Origin: Eukaryota sp. TZLM1-RC
Lineage: Eukaryota > Protista > Metamonada: BaSk clade
Assembly (NCBI GenBank): GCA_040285825.1
Contig: JAUPSS010000002.1
Span: 3,410,001 to 3,474,000 of the forward strand
Direction: 5' to 3'
Length of the DNA: 64,000 bases
In this document: piece after piece, positions 37,006 through 49,035 of the stretch
How the letters are laid out: each line of letters begins with the position of its first letter
Numbering within the stretch: position 1 is the first letter of the stretch
The notes under the pieces: model-generated
Told to the model about the DNA's origin: nothing
The model's input: only the letters and a program-made list of their open reading frames with translations
Database searches by the model: none
Position numbers and translations under genes: made by a program

Positions 37006-39013
37006 GCTGCTCTTTCGTCGGATGTGTTTTTTAATTCTAGTGATTCTAATTACATCTTCAATTTAGATTTTAAGAATGCTTTCAATTCTGTATCTCGTTC
37101 TTCCATTTTACCTTTGCTGCAAAAGCATTTTCCTGAAGTTGAGTCTTTTTTCTATTCATTTTATGGAAAATCATCCACATTGGTCTATGAAAATTTTGAC
37201 CTGCTTTCGTCTTCAGGTGTTAAACAAGGTGATCCACTTGGTCCTTTTTTCTTTTGTCTGGCAATTCATCCATTAATGTGCGAATTGAAAGAAAAGTTCC
37301 CAGAAATAGATATTGTAGCATATATGGATGACATTTCTGTAATTGCTCCTATTACAATTCTGAAACAAATAGCAACTTTTATTCAACAGCGTTATGAAGA
37401 TATTGGTCTCTCATTGAATATCTCCAAATGTTTGATTATTGGCCATGAACCAATTGATTTTTTCATTAATGATGTCAATGTCCCCTTTATCAATTATGAT
37501 CAGTCTGGTTTTCGTTTTTTGGGTTGTTATCTCGGAAATATTGATGAAGTCAAAAGCCAACTTTCGACTCTGTTGACTCAATTTGGAAATGAATTAGAAT
37601 CAATAGAAAATTTAAATATTGAGAAACATTTGAAATTCTTTTTCCTCAAAATCTGTTATTCTGGAAAATTTACTCATATTTTGAGATCAACATCACCATC
37701 AATTTCCTTGGAGTTCTGTCGCATTTTTAATGAACAAAGAACTAATTTTTTAGCAAAATTATTGGAAATTGATGCATCTCAGTTACGAAGCCACATTTTT
37801 TGTGGTACAAATTTTGGTGGTGTTGATTTTCATAAGTCAAGCTACCTTTGTAAAGCTGCTTTTATTGGAGGTGGAAAGAATTTTATTTATGAATTTGTGA
37901 ATCGTTTTCCTGAAAAAATTCATCTCATTGAAAATTGTGGCAGCTCCTATCTTATTTCTTTGCAACAGGAAATTGAAACTCTTTCACCCAATATTTGGGC
38001 TAAATGTTTCCCCTCTGATATTGTGGAACTTCCTTCAAGAAGCTTGCTCTCCTTACCATTGACTTTTGCAAAATTGCAGAAAAAAATTTTGAAAGTTTTA
38101 GAAAACTTGGATTATATTGTACGTCTTAGCTTGGCTAAGGAAAAAAATCCCGTTTTGCAAACTTTTTGATTGATCTTGAAGACAGTTGCTCAAGTTGCTT
38201 AATCTCCCAAATTCCCAACATTTACGGCCTTCTACTTAATGATCACCAATGGACCACTGCAATGAGATTGAGATGTTTTCTATGGCCTTGTTCATTGCCA
38301 AATGATTTAATTTGTCGCTGCAAGAGTGTTGTTACGCTTTCCCATATTTTAAACTGTAAGTATTTCATAACTTATCGCTCACTTGTTCACGACTCAGTTC
38401 GTGATCAATTATATGCCATGTGCAAAAGTTTCAATATAGAGGCATTTATTGAGCCACTAGTACGTAAGCTGTCTTCAGATCAAACTGATGATTCCTTTGG
38501 TAAAAGAAGGGCAGATTTAGTAGCTCCAGGGATCGATGGTGTTCTCAATGTTGTAGACGTTGTCTCAGTGGATGTTTGCAAAAATTCTGCTGCTCGTTTA
38601 GTGTATTCCGCTGACTCGCCGTTATCTAACGCCGAAAAAAAGAAGATAAAAAAATATGAAGAACCTTTGGCACAGTTAGGTAGAGTGGAACATGTGAAAT
38701 ATCAGTTTGTGCCGTTTGCAATTTCTCTTTTTGGCAATATTGGACCTTCAGGCTTGCACTTTTTGGAAAATTTTAAAAAAGTGTTACTGAATAGGTCTGG
38801 TAAAACAATGAACTCCACTTTCTGGTTAAATAGAATTGTTTTTTGCATTTTCAAGTCTATTCCAACAATGATTTCAAAGGCACTTTTAGCTATTGGTGTA
38901 GAATATGAACGTAATGCTGTGAGTAGGTTCAGTTATAGTGACGCTTGTTTGGAGGATATTGAATTCTAGATGGTTATTTTTATCTCAATAAATATTCCAG
39001 TTCCTTAAAAAAA
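37006..39013 (+). mobile_element. Family D 5'-truncated insertion into the YMDD codons of A
   Basis: TSD ATATGGATG at 36998-37006 and 39014-39022; ends LEDIEF* with tail. Confidence 0.9.
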
Positions 39014-39182
39014 ATATGGATGATATATCCTTGATTGGTTCATTTGATTTACTAGAATTGGTTGCTCAAGAAATTGCCGATTCATATGAAAATATTGGGC
39101 TTCATCTTAATGCCAGTAAATGCCTTCTGATTGGCTCTTCTGCTCAAGACCTCGTGATAAACGATTCTATTGTCCCTTTTAC

Positions 39183-39583
39183 TTTTTTTTTAAATTAATT
39201 TTATTTTATTGTTAAACCACAGCCTAAAAGCCAATATCTTCAAAACAAGCTTCCACACCATCAAACCTTACAGCAGCAATGTTTTCATAATGTGCACTGA
39301 CAGACATTAAAGCTTTCGAAATCATTTTAGGAATTGATTTGAAAATAGTAAAAACAATACGATTTAGCCACAAGCGACGATCAAAACGCTTATTCATTCT
39401 TTTTTTCACAAGATTTTCAAAATCATCAATAAAATTCAATGCAGTTTTTCCAAGACTACCATACAACGATATAGCAAATGGGCAAATTTGGTAATCTACA
39501 TGGCGAACATGTTTCAATTCTTTTAAAGGATTTGCATACTTTTTCCGTTTGTACAATTCGGAGTCATCAAGGGAAGATACTTC
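39183..39583 (-). mobile_element. Family H 3' fragment (inverted duplicate of 33612-34011)
   Basis: Same boundaries and TSD (CTTTTACT); ORF 39224-39556. Confidence 0.88.
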
Positions 39584-39669
39584 TTTTACTAATTATAGTA
39601 GTGATGCTTTAAAGTTCCTTGGTTGTTGGTTAGGAAATGTGCCTCAAATTCAGAATGAATTGCAAGTTA

Positions 39670-39807
39670 TTTTCAATCGAATTAGAGAAGCTTTAGCTAG
39701 ACAGCAAGCAAATCAAGATTTTGTAGAGGAAATCTTGGTTTAATGATAGTCGTCCCATTAGTTATGATTTAATTTAATCAAGTGTGCAAATTCAATAAAT
39801 ACGATGA
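39670..39807 (+). mobile_element. Family E 3'-end insertion
   Basis: FNRIREALARQQANQDFVEEILV* plus 3' UTR, flanked by AAGTTATTT. Confidence 0.83.
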
Positions 39808-39815
39808 TAAGTTAT

Positions 39816-40085
39816 TTAATTTAATTTTAATTTATTTTCAAAACCACAGTCTAAAAGTCAATTTCTTCAAAACAAGCTTCCACACCATCAAACCTTACAG
39901 CAGCAATGTTTTCATAATGTGCACTGACAGACATTAAAGCTTTCGAAATCATTTTAGGAATTGATTTGAAAATAGTAAAAACAATACGATTTAGCCACAA
40001 GCAACGATCAAAACGCTTATTCATTCTTTTTTTCACAAGATTTTCAAAATCGTCAATAAAATTCAAAGCAGTTTTTCCAAGACGA
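39816..40085 (-). mobile_element. Family H 3' fragment insertion
   Basis: ORF 39851-40066 ends FEEIDF*; flanked by AAGTTATTT. Confidence 0.85.
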
Positions 40086-41086
40086 AAGTTATATGTTATA
40101 AGTTATTTTGGAAAAAATGAAAATTGAACTTGATTCAATTTCTTCTTTAGATATAGAAAAGCATAATAAATTTTTCATGCTTAAAATTTGCTACACTGGG
40201 AGAATAACCCACATTTTGAGATCTTGTGCTCCTTCCATAGCATTAGATTTTTGTCGTTCTTTTAATTCATTGAGAACAGAATTTTTTGCTGATTTATTGG
40301 ATGTAGAACCAGGAATGTTGAAAAGCCATTTATTTTCTTCAGCAAATTTGGGGGGTATTGGATTTACTAAATCTTCAATTTTGTGTCAATCAGCATTCTT
40401 GGGTGGTGGCAAAAATTTTATTTATGAATTTTCTCGTAGATTTCCTGATGATTCTCATCTGTTAGTCCCCAATTGTAGTCCCTATTTGTATGAGTTATCT
40501 TGTGAACTTGAAAAATTACTGCCACAAATTTGGACCAAATGTTTTCCTCAATCAATCCAAGAAATTCCAAACCGATCTCTATTTAATTTACAGTTTTGCT
40601 GTAAAAAGCTTCAACAAAAATTGTCAAAGATTTTTGAAAGCTTGGATTTTGATGTTAGACTTGGCTTGGCCAAGAAAAAGAATCCCGCTTTTGCAAATCT
40701 TTTACAAGATATGTGTGACAGTACTTCTTTTGCCTTAGTAACAACAATTCCACAAGTTTATGGTACTCTCTTATCCGATTCTGCTTGGACTCTGAATATG
40801 AGATTTCGTTCCTTTATCTGGCCTGATAATTTACCTCATAATTTAATTTGTAAATGTTCTCGAGAAATTACAACTACTCATTTGTTAAATTGTAAACATT
40901 TTATTACTTTTAGAAGCAAGGTTCATGATGCTGTAAGAGACCAGTTATATTGTATGTGTAAATCTCATAGAATTGAATCCTTCTTGGAACCTTTGTTGTC
41001 AAATCTGTTTGATGCTGAAAATGATTTTCATAAGAATAAATAATTTATTGAATTTGCACACTTGATTAAATTAAATTTTAATTTTT

Positions 41087-42026
41087 AAGGCTTGGATTAT
41101 GAAGTAAGACTTGGCTTGGCCAAAACTAAAAATCCCGCTTTCGGTAATTTTTTAAAGGATATTCGTGATAGTTCAGCTGCTGCTTTAGTAACTCAAGTTC
41201 CCTCTGTTTATGGACTTTTGTTAAAAGACAATGAATGGCTTCTAAACATGCGTTTTCGTTGTTTTCTGTGGCCAAACAATTTGCCCAATCATTTAACTTG
41301 TAAATGTGGTAAACCTCTTTTGTTTACTCATCTTTTGAACTGTAAACATTTCATTACGTTTAGAAGCAAAGTGCATAATAACGTCAGGGACCAAATTTAT
41401 GTAATGTGCAAATCATATCGTGTAGATTCCTTTTTAGAACCGCTGTTATCAAAATTAATTCTTGATGATCCCAATATTGATAGTACGCGTTACAACAGAG
41501 CTTCTATGGGTCTGACTAGAGGTGATCTAGTTGTTCCTGGTTTAAATGGTAGTTTTACTATTTTGGACGCCATGTCTATTGACCCTTGTAATTCCTCTAA
41601 CGAACATTTCATTAACTCGGATGTAAATAATCCTCTTCTTGCAGGCGAAAAATATAAAATTGCTAAATATGCGAAACCCATTTCCTCGGTTAATGAAAAT
41701 TCTCATGCCCAATATAATTTATGTCCATTTGTTTTTTCTTTGCTTGGATCTCTAGGTAAGGCTGCTATGGCTTTCCTTGAGGATTTTGTTGTAGTTGTAA
41801 AGGAAAGAACTGGAAGAATTTTCAATCGTGTTTACTGGCAAAACAGGATTGTATTTTCTATTTTTAAGGGAATGGTAACACTAATTTCTGATTCACTATC
41901 TTCTTTTGGGAAATTTTCTGAATCTTTAGCGATTAATTGTTTTGATGTAGGGGAAACAGGTTTTGAGGATGTGGAGTTTTAATTGTGTATTTCATATTTG
42001 TTGTTGAATAAAAATAAATTAATTGA
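41087..42026 (+). mobile_element. Family B 5'-truncated insertion in the E 3' UTR
   Basis: ORF 41092-41982; TSD TGATTAAATTAAAT at 41063-41076 and 42027-42040. Confidence 0.9.
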
Positions 42027-44351
42027 TGATTAAATTAAATCATAACTAATGGGACGACTATCATTAAACCAAGATTTCCTCTACAAAATCTTGATTTGCT
42101 TGCTGTCTAGCTAAAGCTTCTCTAATTCGATTGAAAAACCGCGGTAATCTATTAATAATGGCAAATTGAATCCGTGAACGCCATAAAAAAATATCAAATC
42201 TTTTCATTGTTTTTTCTTTCACCATTTTTTGGAAGTCATCCAAAAAAGTTTCTGCTTCAACTGATAATCTTCCATTTATCGAAAATGGGAAAGCAATAAA
42301 AACCAGCTGTGTATTTCTATCGATATCTGCATCTTCAATTTCTTTATCATATTTTCTATGTTTTTCTTTTGCTTTAAATCCAGAGCAGCCACAGGATTAA
42401 GTTTCTTCTGTGAACCAAAGTATCGTTTGCAACATTACATGAGACAAAGTCAACAATAGCTTCAGAATTATCAATCCAATCACAGTATACATCACCTCTA
42501 TCATCAGAACCAAAATTATTCAGAGAAAGTGTTTCCTTCAGCAGGGGCTCTTTGATACACGATATCCTTGCAGTTTGTGCCATATTGAAAACAGTGTCTC
42601 TAACAGCATCATGTAATGAAGAACGATAAGTTATTAATTTAGAGCAATTTAGAGCATGGCGCAAAGTGAGTTGAGGTGAATTCGAACAAATACATTTTTC
42701 TTTTGATAATAATTGGTTAATGGGGATGTTCAAATATAATCTCATTTTTGTTACAAATGCTTCATTAGTAGCACACAATCCAAATCTTCGTGGTACAATG
42801 GTTACAAAAAGTGAAGAATCTGACACCTTGTTTTCACAAACACCCTTTTCCAATAACAATGAGTGAAGATCTTGATTTAAAACAGCCGAGCTGCAAATAT
42901 TATTATAAAGATCTGTTTCATACATTCCAGTCAATCTTTTCTGTAATGTTCGAAGAGTGTACTTCAAATTTAAAACATTTTTTTCTGGAATATTGTCATT
43001 GAATGATTGGGGAAAACATCGACCCCATTTTTCTACATCAATTCTTGAAATTTCTTCATTTAATGCAAAAACAGTGGAACTTTGCGTTGTCATCAATAAA
43101 TCTTCCCAATCTGCAAATCTTTCGGAGAACTCAAAGATTGCATTTCTGCATCCACCAACAAAAGCACACGAGGTAAGAATAGAAGCCTTCGTCCACCCTA
43201 AACCACCATATTGTGGACTAAGGTAAGCATGATCTGGAATTTGAAACATTTTACATCCCAGTAATTGAGACAGAACTTTTTGCACGTAACTCATTAAACT
43301 TTTTGAGCCAAAGGTCTAGTGACGAGAGGATTTGTAGATCGAAATATATGATTAAAATTGGAACTAAAACACAGTCTTATAATGGTAAATTTGATGTGTT
43401 TTTTTATATCTAAATTCATCATTCGGTCAATTTTGTCAGAAATTGAGTTCAACTTTTCAAACAATTTTTTTGGTAATTTCATCATTATTTCCTAAAAACG
43501 AACCCAAATGACGAATAGCATCAATTGAATATAATTTGGCTTGAATTTCAATATCATCAATTATTGTGGAAACTGGAGAATTCGATAACAAAACACATTT
43601 AAGTAAATTAAGTCGGAGACCAATTTTGGTAAATAATTCTTTAAAACATACAGTTGCTTTTTTTCACAATATTTAATTCACCAATAAGCACAACATCATC
43701 CATATATGCAATCATTTTTAGTGAAGGAAACATCTCTTGAATTTGCAGTAGAATAGGATGAATGGCCAAACAAAACAAAAGAGGTCCTAACGGATCTCCT
43801 TGCTTTACGCCACTTGATGAAATCAAAATGTTGTTTCCAAAATGTAAATTAGAATATGTGCAATATGTTGATTGAAAATATGGTATTAATTCTGGCATAT
43901 ATTGCAATAGAGCACCATGGATACTGCGACGACTTAGCGAATTGAAAGCATTACTAAAATCCAATGACATGCAAACATTGGATTCATTTTGGCGAAATAA
44001 AACATCAGTAGCAAATATCGCTGAAGAGACTCCATCTGTAGTATTTATACCATATTGAAAGGGTAATAAAATTTTTTTTGCTTTCTCGTTAAACCTGCTT
44101 AAGCAACATGCAGAAAAAATATTGTGTAAGCTCTCAGAGACTGCAATAGGACGAACATCCATTTTTGAATTTTTGACAAGTGCAGTCAAACGAGAACTTC
44201 TTAATTCTTCTGGGTATTTGAGTTGACCAGATAATATTTGGTTGAAAAATTTGGTTAATAAACCAAGGCAATCTTCTGAAGAAATAATCGCGGCTTTTAC
44301 ATGATCAATAGTAATACCAGAAAGTCCGGCAGACTTACCACGACAGACTTA

Positions 44352-45246
44352 CTTTCGGTAATTTTTTAAAGGATATTCGTGATAGTTCTGCTGCTGCTTT
44401 AGTAACTCAAGTTCCCTCTGTTTATGGACTTTTGTTAAAAGACAATGAATGGCTTCTAAACATGCGTTTTCGTTGTTTTCTCTGGCCAAACAATTTGCCC
44501 AATCATTTAACTTGTAAATGTGGTAAACCTCTTTTGTTTACTCATCTTTTGAACTGTAAACATTTCATTACGTTTAGAAGCAAAGTGCATAATAACGTCA
44601 GGGACCAAATTTATGTAATGTGCAAATCATATCGTGTAGATTCCTTTTTAGAACCGCTGTTATCAAAATTAATTCTTGATGATCCCAATATTGATAGTAC
44701 GCGTTACAACAGAGCTTATATGGGTCTGACTAGAGGTGATTTAGTTGTTCCTGGTTTAAATGGTAGTTTTACTATTTTGGACGCCATGTCTATTGACCCT
44801 TGTAATTCCTCTAACGAACATTTATTTAACTCGGATGTAAATAATCCTCTTCTTGCAGGCGAAAAATATAAAATTGCTAAATATGCGAAACCCATTTCCT
44901 CGGTTAATGAAAATTCTCATGCCCAATATAATTTATGTCCATTTGTTTTTTCTTTGCTTGGATCTCTAGGTAAGGCTGCTATGGCTTTCCTTGAGGATTT
45001 TGTTGTAGTTGTAAAGGAAAGAACTGGAAGAATTTTCAATCGTGTTTACTGGCAAAACAGGATTGTATTTTCTATTTTTAAGGGAATGGTAACACTAATT
45101 TCTGATTCACTATCTTCTTTTGGGAAATTTTCTGAATCTTTAGCGATTAATTGTTTTGATGTAGGGGAGGCAGGTTTTGAGGATGTGGAGTTTTAATTGT
45201 GTATTTCATATTTGTTGTTGAATAAAAATAAATAGTTCAAAAAAAA
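44352..45246 (+). mobile_element. Family B 5'-truncated insertion
   Basis: ORF 44432-45196; TSD AGACTTACCACGA at 44331-44343 and 45247-45259. Confidence 0.92.
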
Positions 45247-46773
45247 AGACTTACCACGAGGTCTCTTTTTGATAACCGAAAAAACTTCTGATGGCATCAA
45301 TGGATAATTTTCCCAGTATGTGCCGTAAAAATTTTGATCTATAATAGGGTCTTCATAAGGATGAAGTATTTTCAGTTTATCTACTGTATTTTCATTGTTT
45401 GGTGCTTTGACTCCGGGACTTAAAGCTGACAAAGCCTTGGACCATTTGTTGTCAAAGCATTTGTCTTCAAAAATTTTACTTAATTTCTCGGATGACTGAT
45501 TTCTCGGTGCTATATTAGTTAAATCTTCGGAAATATTAACGAAATTTTGTTCAAAAGGAGCACAAAAAGAACTAAAAAATTCCCAAATAATATTGATAGC
45601 ATACTTTCCTTTACATAATTGATCCAAAAATCTTTGAAAAACGAAAGCAAATTCATTGCATTTGGTCGGATGAATTTCTTGAGGTATTCTTATAGGAGGA
45701 TGGTAGTTATCAACTATGCGGCATTTCAAGCAGCGATCAGAAGTTTTTCCTTTTGCATTTTTTCTAAAAGAAATACCACAAGTGTTGCAAGTTTTGTGCT
45801 TCAATCGATTGCTAACTGGTTTTGCAACAACTTGTGGAGCATTATTTATGGGTTCTACCTTAGACTCTTTCCTTCTAATAAATTTTCTTTTACATTTTGT
45901 TTCAGAATTTGCCGCATCATTTTTTTCCAACATTGGGGCATGTTCGAGCATTATGTCCCTGTTGTCGACACTTTGAGCATCTGTAGGAGCGTGGCTTTGT
46001 TTTTGAACAAACTTTTTTTTCATCGTGATTGTCTAAAAATTCTTGATCAGAATTTTTTTTGTCCAAAAATGAAGAGAGAAGAGGTTGAGGAGGAGAGGTG
46101 GAAAGGACGTCTTGAGCATCTTGTTGACTATCGTTCTTTCTTTTGACTCCATTAGAATCAGAAACTGATTCAGACATCAACAAGAAAGAATAGAAGCAAT
46201 GATCTCGGTTCAGCCAGGTTTTAAGTTAAACGGTTATATGTAGAGGAAGAAAAAAAAAGTAATAATAAGAATAATAGAGGTGATGTCATATTACCTGGAT
46301 TAGATGGAAGCTTCATTTTATTGGATGTAATGTCTGTTGATCCTTGTAATGCCTCAAATGAAAGGCTTGTTAATTCTGAAATTCATAATCCCCTTTCAAA
46401 TGCTGAAAATTTTAAATTCAAAAAATACACAATGAACCTTTGTCCAAATTGGCCAGTCTACAGCATGCAAAATACAATTTGTATCCATTTGTATTTTCCC
46501 TTTTTGGTTCACTTGCACCAACTGCTTTACGTTTTTTGGATGATTTTGAAATGATTGTAAAGAGAAGAACTGGCAGAAATTTCAACAGATTGTTTTGGCA
46601 AAATAGAATTGTGTTTTCTATTTTTAAGGGGATGTTGAAGATGGTTTCTGATGCTTTGCTTTCTCTTGGATCTCACTATGAGAGAGTTGCATCTAGTGTT
46701 TTTGTTTTGGGAGAGATGGATTTTTTAGATGTTGATTTATAGGTTTAGAATAAAATTAAATTTTAAAAAAAAA

Positions 46774-47020
46774 TTGGGTACGTATTTTGTTAAATTGTCT
46801 ACAAAAATTGTAAGTAAGGGATGGAGGTAATGATCGCAGTAAATGAGTAATTTTTCCAGCATAACAAATTTTCAAAAGAAAAAAACTTAAGATGTTTTTC
46901 CAATTCAAGAGTCTTTATGACTTCTAGCTCTTTTTTTAATTGAATTTAAATAATTTTCAAGGCTGTCAAGTGTCTTTTCGGCGGAACCTAAATAGCAACC
47001 CAGAAAGCAGAAACTAGTTT
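46774..47020 (-). mobile_element. Family H internal fragment
   Basis: Matches 62100-62345. Confidence 0.8.
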
Positions 47021-47076
47021 CATTATTGGTAATCAGCATGCGGAGGTGGCATTTAATGAAACTTTTATCAAATAGA

Positions 47077-49035
47077 TTTTATTTTTAATCTCGACTTTAA
47101 AAATGCTTTTAATTCTGTAAAGCGAGAAGCAATTTTTGAAGTTATTAAATCTGATTTTCCTGAGCTATCGAGTTTTTTCTACCATTTTTATGGTAAAGAA
47201 TCAGATTTAATTTTTAATTCATTTGCTCTTAAATCATCTTCTGGTGTGAAGCAAGGTGACCCTTTAGGTCCATTATTGTTTTGTTTAGCTATTCACAAAA
47301 CTTTAAATATCATTAAGCAAAAATACCCTTCTATAAAAATAGTTGCTTATATGGATGATATATCCTTGATTGGTTCATTTGATTTACTAGAATTGGTTGC
47401 TCAAGGAATTGCCGATTCATATGAAAATATTGGGCTTCATCTTAATGCCAGTAAATGCCTTCTGATTGGCTCTTCTGCTCAAGACCTCGTGATAAACGAT
47501 TCTATTGTCCCTTTTACTAATTATAGTAGTGATGCTTTTAAGTTCCTTGGTTGTTGGTTAGGAAATGTGCCTCAAATTCAGAATGAATTGCAAGTTATTT
47601 TGGAAAAAATGAAAATTGAACTTGATTCAATTTCTTCTTTAGATATAGAAAAGCATATTAAATTTTTTATGCTTAAAATTTGCTACACTGGGAGAATAAC
47701 CCACATTTTGAGATCTTGTGCTCCTTCCATAGCATTAGATTTTTGTCGTTCTTTTAATTCATTGAGAACAGAATTTTTTTGCTGATTTATTGGATGTAGA
47801 ACCAGGAATGTTGAAAAGCCATTTATTTTCTTCAGCAAATTTGGGGGTATTGGATTTACTAAATCTTCAATTTTGTGTCAATCAGCATTCTTGGGTGGTG
47901 GCAAAAATTTTATTTATGAATTTTCTCGTAGATTTCCTGATGATTCCCATCTGTTAGTCCCCAATTGTAGTCCCTATTTGTATGAGTTATCTTGTGAACT
48001 TGAAAAATTACCGCCACAAATTTGGACCAAATGCTTTCCTCAATCAATTCAAGAAATTCCAAACCGATCTCTATTTAATTTACAGTTTTGCTGTAAAAAG
48101 CTTCAACAAAAATTGTCAAAGATTTTTGAAAGCTTGGATTTTGATGTTAGACTTGGCTTGGCCAAGAAAAAGAATCCCGCTTTTGCAAATCTTTTTACAA
48201 GATATGTGTGACAGTACTTCTTCTGCCTTAGTAACAACAATTCCGCAAGTATATGGTACTCTCTTATCCGATTCTGCTTGGACTCTGAATATGAGATTTC
48301 GTTCCTTTATCTGGCCTGATAATTTACCTCATAATTTAATTTGTAAATGTTCTCGAGAAATTACAACTACTCATTTGTTAAATTGTAAACATTTTATTAC
48401 TTTTAGAAGCAAGGTTCATGATGCTGTAAGAGACCAGTTATATTGTATGTGTAAATCTCATAGAATTGAATCCTTCTTGGAACCTCTGTTGTCAAATCTG
48501 TTTGATGCTGAAAATGATTTTCATAAGAATAATAGAGGTGATGTCATATTACCTGGATTAGATGGAAGCTTTATTTTATTGGATGTAATGTCTGTTGATC
48601 CTTGTAATGCCTCAAATGAAAGGCTTGTTAATTCTGAAATTCATAATCCCCTTTCAAATGCTGAAAATTTTAAATTCAAAAAAATACAATGAACCTTTGT
48701 CCAAATTGGCTAGTCTACAGCATGCAAAAATACAATTTGTATCCATTTGTATTTTCCCTTTTGGTTCACTTGCACCAACTGCTTTACGTTTTTTGGATGA
48801 TTTTGAAATGATTGTAAAGAGAAGAACTGGCAGAAATTTCAACAGATTGTTTTGGCAAAATAGAATTGTGTTTTCTATTTTTAAGGGGATGTTGAAGATG
48901 GTTTCTGATGCTTTGCTTTCTCTTGGATCTCACTATGAGAGAGTTGCATCTAGTGTTTTTGTTTTGGGAGAGATGGATTTTTTAGATGTTGATTTATAGG
49001 TTTAGAATAAAATTAATTTTTTTTTAAAAAAAAAA
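47077..49035 (+). mobile_element. Family A 5'-truncated copy with tail
   Basis: ORF pieces 47246-48999 ending MDFLDVDL*. Confidence 0.9.

Larger units (their letters stand above)
33522..39673. repeat. Inverted duplication, ~2.5-kb arms (33522-36016 and 37179-39673)
   Basis: Mirror order A-H-A-D with identical insertion junctions. Confidence 0.9.
41040..46258 (-). mobile_element. Family E full-length RLE retrotransposon (~3.35 kb without inserts), carrying two B insertions
   Basis: 5' T9-CTTCCTCTAC, ATG at 46177; CSKCRQQGHNARTC; RT 43641-44189 (AYMDD); stop at 42064; TSD ATAAGAATAA at 41030-41039 and 46265-46274. Confidence 0.9.
36738..46773 (+). mobile_element. Family A 5'-truncated host carrying seven nested insertions
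   Basis: Collinear A pieces at 36738-37006, 39014-39182, 39584-39673, 40100-41039 and 46265-46773 (tail), separated by TSD-bounded inserts. Confidence 0.88.
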
